DNA of 64,000 nucleotides. Source: Lentisphaerota bacterium. Its GTDB lineage: Bacteria > Verrucomicrobiota > Kiritimatiellia > JAAZAB01. Location of the stretch: the NCBI GenBank assembly GCA_016188985.1, contig JACPGM010000053.1, positions 4,290 to 68,289 on the forward strand, given 5' to 3'. The position numbers were made by a program, and so were the translations under genes. Positions within the stretch are counted from its first letter, which is position 1; the number at the start of each line of letters is the position of its first letter. The notes beneath the pieces were generated by a model. It saw only the letters and a program-made list of their open reading frames with translations, was not told the DNA's origin and made no database searches. Below, piece by piece: positions 27,974-36,245 of this stretch.

Positions 27974-29251
27974 ATGGGGAACAACGCCCATTTTGAGCCG
28001 CCGCGCGGCATGCGGGATTTTTACCCCGAAGCTGTTGCCGCGCGCAACGCGCTGTTTGATGCCTGGACCCAATCGTCCCGCCTTTTCGGTTTCAGCCAGT
28101 ATGACGCCTGCGTAGTCGAATCGCTGGAGCTGCTTAAACGCAAGCGCGGCGACGAAATTGTCGAGCAAATCTACGCCTTCAAAGACAAGAGCAACCGGGA
28201 CCTGGCGCTGCGTCCCGAGATGACGCCCACCCTGGCCCGCCTGATTGCCGCACGGCAGGGCCAACTGGCCTTTCCCTTGAAATGGTTTGCCATTGCCCAA
28301 TGTTTCCGCTACGAGCGCATGAGCCGCGGGCGCAAGCGGGAACATTATCAATGGAATCTGGATGTGGTCGGCGAAACGGCCTTGGCTGCCGAGGTGGAAG
28401 TGCTGGCCTGCGCCGCGCACGCCCTGCGCGAGCTCGGCTTAGGCAGCGGCGATTACAAAATCCATATCAATAGTCGGGCTTTGCTGGCCGACCTGTTGAC
28501 GCATTCCGGCGTGGCCCCGGCCTTTCATCCCGCCACTTTTCTGGCCTTGGATAAACGCGGCAAACAGGAAGATGCCGATACCCTCCGGGCCCTCAAAGCA
28601 GCCGCTCTGGATGACAATGCCATCGCCGCCGTGTTCCGGATCATGGGCTTGCAATCGCTGGAGGAGGTCCGCCAATTGTTCGGTGGCGAGCAGCCCGCGC
28701 TCACCGCGCTGCAGACGCTTTTCCAGCTTTTGGCCGAGTATGGCCTGGGTGACATAGCCTGGTTTGATATTGGCATAGTGCGCGGACTGGACTACTACAC
28801 CGGCATAGTCTTCGAAGCGTTTGATGCCGAGCGGCAATTCCGGGCTATTTTTGGCGGCGGCCGGTATGACAATCTGCTCTCCGATCTCGGCGGCGCGCCC
28901 ATGACCGCCGTTGGGCTGGGATTTGGCGACGTGGTGATCGCCGAGCTGCTGGCCGAGAAGGGACGCCTGGTGGCGCAACAGACAAAGCTGGATTATGCCA
29001 TTGGCTATATGGATGATTCTCAGCGCTCCGCCGCGCTGCGCCTGGCTCAGGCTATACGCCGAACCGGACAGAGCGTGGATGTGGCTTTGCACGCGGAAAA
29101 ACCCAAGCAGTTCTTCGCGCGGGCGGGCAAGGGCGCCTTTCAGAAAGCGATCTATGTGGGCCCGGACGACGTAGCCCGCGGCACCGTCCGAATCAAAAAT
29201 CTTGATGAGCGCACGGAGGAGGAAAGGTCTTTGACCGAACTGCTGGGATGA
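27974..29251 (+). CDS. hisS: Histidine--tRNA ligase
   Basis: 'PRGMRDFYPE', 'LRPEMTP', 'FRYERMSRGRKREHYQ' and 'GGGRYDNL'. Length 425 aa. Confidence 0.95.
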   Translation: MGNNAHFEPPRGMRDFYPEAVAARNALFDAWTQSSRLFGFSQYDACVVESLELLKRKRGDEIVEQIYAFKDKSNRDLALRPEMTPTLARLIAARQGQLAFPLKWFAIAQCFRYERMSRGRKREHYQWNLDVVGETALAAEVEVLACAAHALRELGLGSGDYKIHINSRALLADLLTHSGVAPAFHPATFLALDKRGKQEDADTLRALKAAALDDNAIAAVFRIMGLQSLEEVRQLFGGEQPALTALQTLFQLLAEYGLGDIAWFDIGIVRGLDYYTGIVFEAFDAERQFRAIFGGGRYDNLLSDLGGAPMTAVGLGFGDVVIAELLAEKGRLVAQQTKLDYAIGYMDDSQRSAALRLAQAIRRTGQSVDVALHAEKPKQFFARAGKGAFQKAIYVGPDDVARGTVRIKNLDERTEEERSLTELLG

Positions 29252-29335
29252 AATTGGGGGAACAAAGGACGGAAGGGACAATCAGGACAGCAATGACTTC
29301 AAGGATGGCAAGAGATCAGACTTCTGCTGGTCGCC

Positions 29336-29372
29336 GTCTTTGGTGTCCTTGTTGTCCCTTGAGTCCTTTCCC
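29336..29372 (+). repeat. Left copy of a ~37-nt direct repeat flanking the four-helix-bundle cassette
   Basis: gtctttggtgtccttgttgtcccttgagtcctttcc compared with 30009-30045 gtctttggtgtctttgttgtccctttggtcttttgcc. Confidence 0.75.
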
Positions 29373-29387
29373 CACCCGGAGCAAGCC

Positions 29388-29948
29388 ATGAACGCGGGTT
29401 TCATCCCGAAACACGGCGGTTACAAAAAGTTGCTCTCCTACCAGAAGTCCGAGATTGTCTACGATGCCACGGTCTATTTCTGCGATCGTTTCATTGATAA
29501 GCGCAGTCGCACCCATGATCAGATGGTGCAGGCAGCGCGCTCCGGCAAGCAGAACATCATCGAAGGCAGTATGGCCTCCGCGACCTCCAAGGAGACCGAA
29601 ATCACGCTGACCAATGTGGCGCGCGCCAGCCTGGAGGAATTGCTGGGCGATTACCGCGATTTCCTGCGCGGGCGCGGCGTGCAGGAATGGCCGAAAGACC
29701 ACGTCTATGCGCGCCGATTGCGCGCGCTCAACAAGATACCGGATGCTACTTATGCCACCTTTAAAAAAGGCATCGAGAACCCCGACCCGGTAATTTCCGC
29801 CAATGTGATCATCGGCCTGATCCGTGTGGCCAGCTACCTGCTGGATCGGCAGATCCGGCATTTGGAGCGCGCCTTCGTCAAAGAAGGCGGCCTGCGCGAG
29901 CGCATGACCCGCGCCCGTCTCGAAGAACGAAGAAAGTCCGGATCATAA
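29388..29948 (+). CDS. Four-helix-bundle protein (23S-rRNA-IVS-protein family) with a C-terminal suffix domain
   Basis: 'YQKSEIVYDATVYFCDRF', 'QMVQAARSGKQNIIEG' and 'ARASLEELLGDYRDFL' fit the four-helix-bundle family pattern. ATG 29388 was chosen. Confidence 0.8.
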   Translation: MNAGFIPKHGGYKKLLSYQKSEIVYDATVYFCDRFIDKRSRTHDQMVQAARSGKQNIIEGSMASATSKETEITLTNVARASLEELLGDYRDFLRGRGVQEWPKDHVYARRLRALNKIPDATYATFKKGIENPDPVISANVIIGLIRVASYLLDRQIRHLERAFVKEGGLRERMTRARLEERRKSGS

Positions 29949-30008
29949 GCCGCTTTAGATGCCTCAAAGGTCGGCAAATACTGCCAAGGCTCTCATGATT
30001 GCGGGGCT

Positions 30009-30045
30009 GTCTTTGGTGTCTTTGTTGTCCCTTTGGTCTTTTGCC
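30009..30045 (+). repeat. Right copy of the ~37-nt direct repeat flanking the four-helix-bundle cassette
   Basis: See 29336-29372. Confidence 0.75.
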
Positions 30046-30190
30046 GCTCAGGGTAATCGGATGGGAGTGTTAAATGGAACAATCCGGTTCGGTCTCAGGC
30101 TGACCAGGTCCCGGCACAGGTATAGATAACGCATGAAAATCTTACAAATTATTGTTGACTTACTTATTGATATATGTTTAACTTTGGGCC

Positions 30191-30484
30191 ATGAAAAGAA
30201 CCGGACCTAACGATTCGGTGCAGTTTTCCGTCAAAGGCCAGGTGGTCATTCCCCGCCGGCTGCGCCGGGAGTACCATATCGAGGAGGGCACGCGCGCCGT
30301 TGTCCAGGCGACTTCCGAGGGTATTCTGATCAAACCGGTGACCAGGGGTCGCATTCAGCGGTTCCGCGGCATCCTCAAGCGGAAACCGGGCGGGAAACCG
30401 TTTGCCCAGGAGTGGGCCGATCATAAGGCCGAAGAAAAAGCATTGGAGGAGGCCAAGTATGCCCGCCTCGCCGGTTCTCGATAG
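30191..30484 (+). CDS. vapB: AbrB/SpoVT-type antitoxin (VapB-like)
   Basis: 'VKGQVVIPRRLRREYHIEEGTRAVVQATSEGILIKP' is the swapped-hairpin AbrB fold signature. It overlaps the PIN gene. Confidence 0.8.
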   Translation: MKRTGPNDSVQFSVKGQVVIPRRLRREYHIEEGTRAVVQATSEGILIKPVTRGRIQRFRGILKRKPGGKPFAQEWADHKAEEKALEEAKYARLAGSR

Positions 30485-30863
30485 TTTTGCCCTGCTGAGT
30501 TTTCTCCGCGATGAACCTGGGGCGGAGATGGTGGCAACGCTCCTGGAAAAGGCAGAGGAGCGCAGGCACCCCCTTCAGATGACCGAGGTCAATTACGCCG
30601 AGGTCCAATATATCGTTCGCCGCAAGGATGGGGAGGCTGCCTGGCGCATTGTCGCGGACGAACTGGCGACCATGCCCATCGAATTTCGGCCGGCCGACCG
30701 TCCGCTGGCCGATCAGGCCGCCGATTTCAAGACGCGTTTCCAGCTCAGCCTGGCCGCCGCCTTTGCCGCCGCCCTGGCGAAGCTCCGCAAGGCCGTACTT
30801 GTTACCGGCGATCCCGATTTTAAACAGGTTGAGGGTGAAATCGGGATCGGCTGGCTGAAATGA
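30459..30863 (+). CDS. vapC: PIN-domain toxin (VapC-like)
   Basis: 'PVLDSFALLSFLRDEPG', 'VNYAEV' and 'LVTGDPDF'. The expected third acidic residue appears replaced ('LSLAAAF'). ATG 30459 overlaps the antitoxin by 26 nt. Confidence 0.8.
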   Translation: MPASPVLDSFALLSFLRDEPGAEMVATLLEKAEERRHPLQMTEVNYAEVQYIVRRKDGEAAWRIVADELATMPIEFRPADRPLADQAADFKTRFQLSLAAAFAAALAKLRKAVLVTGDPDFKQVEGEIGIGWLK

Positions 30864-31008
30864 CCGCCATGCATTTATACGTCGGTCATGGATAATCGCA
30901 TTGCAATTATACGATAATGATGCAGATTGTCATTGTGAGGAAGCGTGTATTGGCTGAAGTGTTTTTCCCAGCCAGTGTTTACCGTGAGGATGCCGCAGAG
31001 AATTAGCC

Positions 31009-32304
31009 GTGAAAGAATGTGAAACCATAGAATTCAAGAAGAGTCTGTCAGAACTCAAGGAGGGCTTGGTCTCCATTGTGGCCATCCTGAACAAGCATGG
31101 CTCCGGTGAACTGTGGTTTGGCGTCCGCAACGACGGTGTCAGCGTTGGCCTGGATGCCACAACAAAGACCCTTCGTGATGTTTCGCAAGCGATTAGTGCG
31201 CACATTGAACCGAGGATTTTCCCGCACGTCACACTGGAATCCTGCGCCAGGGAGCTGGAGAATCTTATCCTTTCCAGGAATAGCGAGCGACTTCGCTGGG
31301 ACAACAAAGTGTGTGCTGTTTCTATCGGTGACCTGGATAAAGCCGGAATCAGGCGGTTTATCGCGCGTGCCGGACTCGTATGGGATACCCCGACAAATGC
31401 GCTGGAGAAACTCGGACTTCTTCATGCCGGAAAGCTGGTGAATGCGGCCCCGCTGTTCTTTGCGCGAAAGGCTCCGCTGCAACTGCGTTGCGCCGTTTTT
31501 CTGACGACCGAGAGTTCAACAATTATTGACCGGCATGATTTTGACGGCAACATCCTCGAACTGATAGAAGAGGCTCAACGCTACATTCTCAAAAACATCC
31601 ATATCGGCATGCGTGTCAAGGGGCTTTACCGCGAAGACGTGCCGGAAATCTCGGTTGATGCCCTGCGTGAGGCCATTATCAACGCCTTCTGCCATCGTGA
31701 TTACCGCGATCCGGATTATGTGCACGTTGCGATTTTCAAAGACCGCGTCGAAATCCGAAATCCTGGCAGGTTGTTCGGATCACTGACCTTGGACGATTTG
31801 CGCAAAGGATATGTGTCGCAACGGCGCAATCCATTGATCGCCGATCTGTTCCGCCGCATCGAGATGGTGGAAGCCTGGGGTCGCGGCATGCCGTTGATCA
31901 TCAAGAATGCTCCCGACGTCGTGTTTCGCGAAATCGGCAATCTTTTCATCGTTTCCTTCAACCGGCCATCTTATGCGGATGAATCTGGCAGGGGTGATGC
32001 GTCAAGTTCGGGAAAGGAAGTTCCGGTAAGAGGGTTCCTGAAAGAAAGTTCCGGCAAGAAGGTATCTGAAGAAGGTTCGGGAAAGAAGGTTCGGGAAAGA
32101 AGGTTCGGGAAAGATTCTGGAAAAACCGGACATCAAATACTCGATTTCCTTTCACAGCAACCCGAGATGACGGTTCCTGAACTTGCCGGGCGGCTGGGAC
32201 TAACGACTCGCGCGATTGAGAAGCAAATCGCCAAATTGCGGGATGCGAAATTACTGCTTCGCACAGGCGGACGTAAAATAGGGCGTTGGGAGGTGCAGAA
32301 ATGA
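31009..32304 (+). CDS. AlbA_2 (Schlafen-core-like) + HATPase_c_4-like + C-terminal wHTH protein
   Basis: N-terminus 'ECETIEFKKSLSELKEG...GELWFGVRNDG', centre 'EAIINAFCHRDYRDPDYVHVAIFKDRVEIRNPG', C-terminus 'MTVPELAGRLGLTTRAIEKQIAKLRDAKLL'. GTG start. Confidence 0.8.
   Translation: MKECETIEFKKSLSELKEGLVSIVAILNKHGSGELWFGVRNDGVSVGLDATTKTLRDVSQAISAHIEPRIFPHVTLESCARELENLILSRNSERLRWDNKVCAVSIGDLDKAGIRRFIARAGLVWDTPTNALEKLGLLHAGKLVNAAPLFFARKAPLQLRCAVFLTTESSTIIDRHDFDGNILELIEEAQRYILKNIHIGMRVKGLYREDVPEISVDALREAIINAFCHRDYRDPDYVHVAIFKDRVEIRNPGRLFGSLTLDDLRKGYVSQRRNPLIADLFRRIEMVEAWGRGMPLIIKNAPDVVFREIGNLFIVSFNRPSYADESGRGDASSSGKEVPVRGFLKESSGKKVSEEGSGKKVRERRFGKDSGKTGHQILDFLSQQPEMTVPELAGRLGLTTRAIEKQIAKLRDAKLLLRTGGRKIGRWEVQK
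32071..32112 (+). repeat. Perfect 14-nt tandem repeat (GAAGGTTCGGGAAA)x3 inside the AlbA_2-family CDS
   Basis: Three exact head-to-tail units sit inside a longer tract of degenerate 13-14-nt units (about 32003-32125). Confidence 0.9.
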
Positions 32305-32702
32305 CTTCCGCCGTGAAATGTGGGACAACGCGACGACGGACGGCCCGGGGGTGTCAGTTCCACGCGCTTGCGGACATCGAAAAATAAGCAGGAAACCGCT
32401 CCTGGCATTTTGACGGAGTGGATGTTCTGCCGGTGAGCGAGTTTCTGCGCCAGTTGCATCAGGGAAAGGTTTTTTGAAAAACACTAACCGAATATGTTTT
32501 GCCGCCGGAAATAAATATCCCCTTATTAAGGGCCACTGGGACAACAAAAAGCTAACTTCGCGTGAATGCACCCGGCTCCAGAGATACGAAGATTATTGGT
32601 CCAGATTCCGGCTGCGCTATATGTAAAAGTACCACAATCGCAATTCGCACTGGCAGACAGCCAGCCGTCAGAAAAACCAGTTAAAAATATGATATACATG
32701 TG

Positions 32703-34703
32703 ATGAAAACGACTTCAACCCCTCGTCTGACGCGCTCTTGGTTCGTCCGAACCATAGCTGAATTTGAGAGTGCATCTGACGATCAAGTACTTGCCGAACT
32801 GGTCAGGGGCAGTTTGTTTCCCATTCTGCAATCTCAGAGGGATGCTTGGCTCGCAGAACTGCCATTTTTGCGGAGGGCCCTGACCGGCCATACGGGAATG
32901 GTGTACCTTGAGTTCGCAATCCCGAGGATGGGGCATCGCGTTGATGCGGTCGTGTTGATAAACGGGATTGTTTTGGCAATAGAATTCAAGATCGATGCGA
33001 GGGAATACTTTCTGAGCGATGTTGACCAGGTATACGACTACGCGATCGATCTCAAATACTTCCACGAGGCCAGCCATAACCTATCGGTAGTGCCAATTCT
33101 CGTGGCATCACGGGCAAAGACCAGGTTCTTCCTGCTTGCACCACACGCGAGAGTATCTGGACTTTGTCAACCAATCTGCACGAATGCTGAGGATTTGGCA
33201 GCGACCATCAACTGTGTGATAAGCAAGTTGCCTGCGGAATGCGTTGACCCGGCCACATGGGAGGCTTCTCGTTATTGCCCAACCCCCACAATCGTTGAGG
33301 CCGCCCGCGCTCTCTACGCCGGTCATGGCGTCGCCGACATCTCGCGCAACGATGCAGGAGCCATCAATCTGAGCGAGACATCAGAACAGTTAGTGCGAAT
33401 CATTGAAACCTCGAAGTCCTTGGGCCAAAAGGCCATTTGTTTCGTCACCGGAGTGCCGGGTGCCGGGAAGACACTTGTGGGGCTTAACATTGCGACGAAG
33501 TATAACGACCCCAAGAGTGAACTTCATAGTGTGTTTCTTTCGGGGAACGGCCCTCTTGTAGCAATTCTCCGCGAAGCTCTGGCGCGAGACACCATTCAAC
33601 GCGAACGTGTTAAAGGAAACCGACTCAGGAAAGGCGACGCCATGGCACGGGTGAAGGCGTTTATCCAAAACGTACACCATTTTCGGGATGAATGTCTCCT
33701 TGATCAGTCTCGTCCGCCTGTCGATCATGTCGCGTTGTTTGATGAGGCGCAACGCGCCTGGGATCAGGAGCAGACGGCCTTGTTTATGCGCCGCAAGAAG
33801 GGGGTCACAGGCTTCAACGTATCGGAGCCAGAGTTCCTGATTTCGTGCATGGATCGGCGCAACGATTGGGCGGTGATTGTTTGCCTTGTCGGCGGAGGGC
33901 AAGAGATCAACACTGGGGAGGCCGGCATTGGGGAATGGATTGAGGCCGTGCAACGCGCATTTGGCGAGTGGCACCTGTACATCTCTCCTGCGTTAACGGA
34001 TAGCGAATATGGCGCGGGAAAACTTCTCGAAGCAATCAGGAACCGCGCTAATGTGCACTACCTGCAGGAACTTCATCTTGGCGTCTCAATGCGCTCATTT
34101 CGAGCCGAAAAGGTTTCGGCCTTCGTCAAGATGGTTTTGGATTTCGAAATTACCCGAGCGCGGGATCTATTGCAGGAGTTTGAGGGTCGCTATCCCATCG
34201 TGTTGACCCGCAATTTGGACCTCGCAAGACAATGGTTGCGCGATCAAGCCAGTGGAAACGAGCGGTTTGGGATTGTTGTATCATCGCAGGCAGAGCGATT
34301 GAAACCATATGCCATTGATGTTCGAACGCCTGTGAATCCTGTGAAGTGGTTTCTCGATGGAAAAGACGATGTGCGGTCATCGTACTACCTTGAAGATGTT
34401 GCGACCGAATTTCATGTACAAGGGCTTGAGCTCGACTGGGTGTGCGTATCGTGGGACGGCGATTTTCGCTACAACGAACACGGCTGGCAGCACCTCTCAT
34501 TTCGCGGCACCAAGTGGCAGCGCATCAACAAGGCTTCCAGAAAAAACTACCTCAAGAATGCCTATCGTGTCCTACTCACACGGGCGCGTCAGGGAATGGT
34601 GATATTCATTCCTGAAGGAAGTTCAACTGATCCAACAAGGCATCCGAGTTACTATGACTCGACTTTTGCCTACTTGCGGTCAATTGGGCTGCGCGAGTTG
34701 TAG
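32703..34703 (+). CDS. DUF2075-type P-loop NTPase/helicase-like protein with an N-terminal PD-(D/E)XK-like nuclease core
   Basis: 'RVDAVVLINGIVLAIEFK' (D...ExK), Walker A 'GVPGAGKT', Walker B 'ALFDEAQRAW' and C-terminus 'YRVLLTRARQGMVIF'. Length 666 aa. Confidence 0.85.
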   Translation: MKTTSTPRLTRSWFVRTIAEFESASDDQVLAELVRGSLFPILQSQRDAWLAELPFLRRALTGHTGMVYLEFAIPRMGHRVDAVVLINGIVLAIEFKIDAREYFLSDVDQVYDYAIDLKYFHEASHNLSVVPILVASRAKTRFFLLAPHARVSGLCQPICTNAEDLAATINCVISKLPAECVDPATWEASRYCPTPTIVEAARALYAGHGVADISRNDAGAINLSETSEQLVRIIETSKSLGQKAICFVTGVPGAGKTLVGLNIATKYNDPKSELHSVFLSGNGPLVAILREALARDTIQRERVKGNRLRKGDAMARVKAFIQNVHHFRDECLLDQSRPPVDHVALFDEAQRAWDQEQTALFMRRKKGVTGFNVSEPEFLISCMDRRNDWAVIVCLVGGGQEINTGEAGIGEWIEAVQRAFGEWHLYISPALTDSEYGAGKLLEAIRNRANVHYLQELHLGVSMRSFRAEKVSAFVKMVLDFEITRARDLLQEFEGRYPIVLTRNLDLARQWLRDQASGNERFGIVVSSQAERLKPYAIDVRTPVNPVKWFLDGKDDVRSSYYLEDVATEFHVQGLELDWVCVSWDGDFRYNEHGWQHLSFRGTKWQRINKASRKNYLKNAYRVLLTRARQGMVIFIPEGSSTDPTRHPSYYDSTFAYLRSIGLREL

Positions 34704-34714
34704 ACCGCTAATGC

Positions 34715-35080
34715 TTGCATCCATCTGACGTAACCGCTTCCCGACGCGGAGACATTCTTGCCGTCGGCGAAGGACAGGTTTTCCACATCGAGAGTTCCTT
34801 CGATTCCCTTAGCCGTATCGGATCCATCATGCAGATACAGGAGACGCAGAAAGAGGGGGATATGCCTATGGAGTTTTCCCCGGAAGGCGACAAGATTGTC
34901 ATCTTTCTGTCCAAGAGCGATTTTGCGGAATCATGCCCGGCAGGTTATTTCGATGTAAAACAAAACGGAACCCCATGCGGTGAAGCAGGGCACGCACCAG
35001 CCTTTCGGGTTTTGTGTCTTTACACCGAATGCGGCTCATGTTCCAACTGCGTTGCTGTGGCGTTAAAATATCAATCATAG
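34715..35080 (+). CDS. Hypothetical small Cys-rich protein (weak call)
   Basis: ORF only, with no recognisable motif. An internal Met (MQIQETQ...) is the more plausible start. Confidence 0.2.
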   Translation: MHPSDVTASRRGDILAVGEGQVFHIESSFDSLSRIGSIMQIQETQKEGDMPMEFSPEGDKIVIFLSKSDFAESCPAGYFDVKQNGTPCGEAGHAPAFRVLCLYTECGSCSNCVAVALKYQS

Positions 35081-35463
35081 CGTCATTGCCTCTATTTGCT
35101 CTCCACTGTTGAGTAGACGATTTATCAAGGGAGGCTTGCGATCATCATTAAAGCCGGGACGTCAAGAGGCTCGAAGCGGACAAGTCTATTTCTGTTCTGT
35201 GCCTGCGCCGCTTGCATGTTCACAGCGGTTTTGAATGTATCAGGGCATATCCGGAAAAGCCAGTTGAAATCCACATAAATCCTCCTACGCCCAACGTCAG
35301 GCTATGAAGGACGGGACGGAGGGCGGAATGACGTACGCCGGACGCCGGCCGGAGTGTCCTCATCCGTCGCTCCAAGAGCTATGGATGGCAGGCAGGGAAC
35401 TTTTCATTGTTTTAATATGTAGATAGTTGTTGACAAGTCCCTACATTATGAAACACTGCCGTC

Positions 35464-36069
35464 ATGAGCACTAAGGCAAAATCTATTCTGGAACTCGCTC
35501 GGTATAAAGGGTTCATCAGGGCGCGCGACCTTATTCAGCACGCGATTCCAACTGTGTATCTTGGACGACTGACCCACTTGGGTCTGCTGGAGCGCGTTAG
35601 CCGCGGGCTGTATCGCCTGCCGGATTCTGAAGTGACGGAGCACTATTCACTGGCAGAGGTGGCCGCCAAGGTGCCGGGCGGGGTGGTTTGTCTGCTTTCG
35701 GCGCTCAACTTCCATATTATTGGCACACAACAGCCGCACGAGGTATGGCTGGCAATCCCGGAGAAGGCGCGCCAACCACGACTGAAAAGTCCGCGCCTGC
35801 GCCTATTCCGCTTCTCCAAGTCGGCCTTCACGGAGGGCGTAGAGACTCACGTTATCCAAGGGATACCGGTGAAGGTGTATAGCCCGGCCAAGACTGTAGC
35901 CGACTGCTTCAAGTATCGAAATAAAATCGGACTGGATGTAGCCATGGAAGCGCTCCGGGAAAGTCTGCGGTCCCGTAAGTGCACGCGGGAGGACATTCAT
36001 CGTTATGCCCGGATATGCCGGGTGTGGAATGTCATGCGGCCCTACCTGGAAATGGAGGCTTCGTCGTGA
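35464..36069 (+). CDS. AbiEi-family type IV TA antitoxin (wHTH, AbiEi_4-like N-terminus)
   Basis: 'ILELARYKGFIRARDLIQHAIPTVYLGRLTHLGLLERVSRGLYRL' is the characteristic AbiEi N-terminal wHTH. Length 201 aa. Confidence 0.8.
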   Translation: MSTKAKSILELARYKGFIRARDLIQHAIPTVYLGRLTHLGLLERVSRGLYRLPDSEVTEHYSLAEVAAKVPGGVVCLLSALNFHIIGTQQPHEVWLAIPEKARQPRLKSPRLRLFRFSKSAFTEGVETHVIQGIPVKVYSPAKTVADCFKYRNKIGLDVAMEALRESLRSRKCTREDIHRYARICRVWNVMRPYLEMEASS

Positions 36070-36245
36070 CTCGCGCACAACCCGTGAATGATTCAACGAT
36101 AGAGCCCAGGAGGCGCAAATAACGAACAAGCCTATTTCTGGGCCTGCGCGCCCGGAATGGTGTCCCACCTTCGTCTAAAGGGCTTCCACCGTCGCCCCTT
36201 CGACTTCGCTCAGGGCTTCGCAGGGCAGGCTGGTGTCTCCCTTCC

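Noticed and set aside
29388-29948. Four-helix-bundle (23S rRNA IVS protein family) gene considered as evidence for a nearby rRNA operon or IVS
   Set aside because: No rRNA-like sequence flanks it. The family is commonly free-standing.
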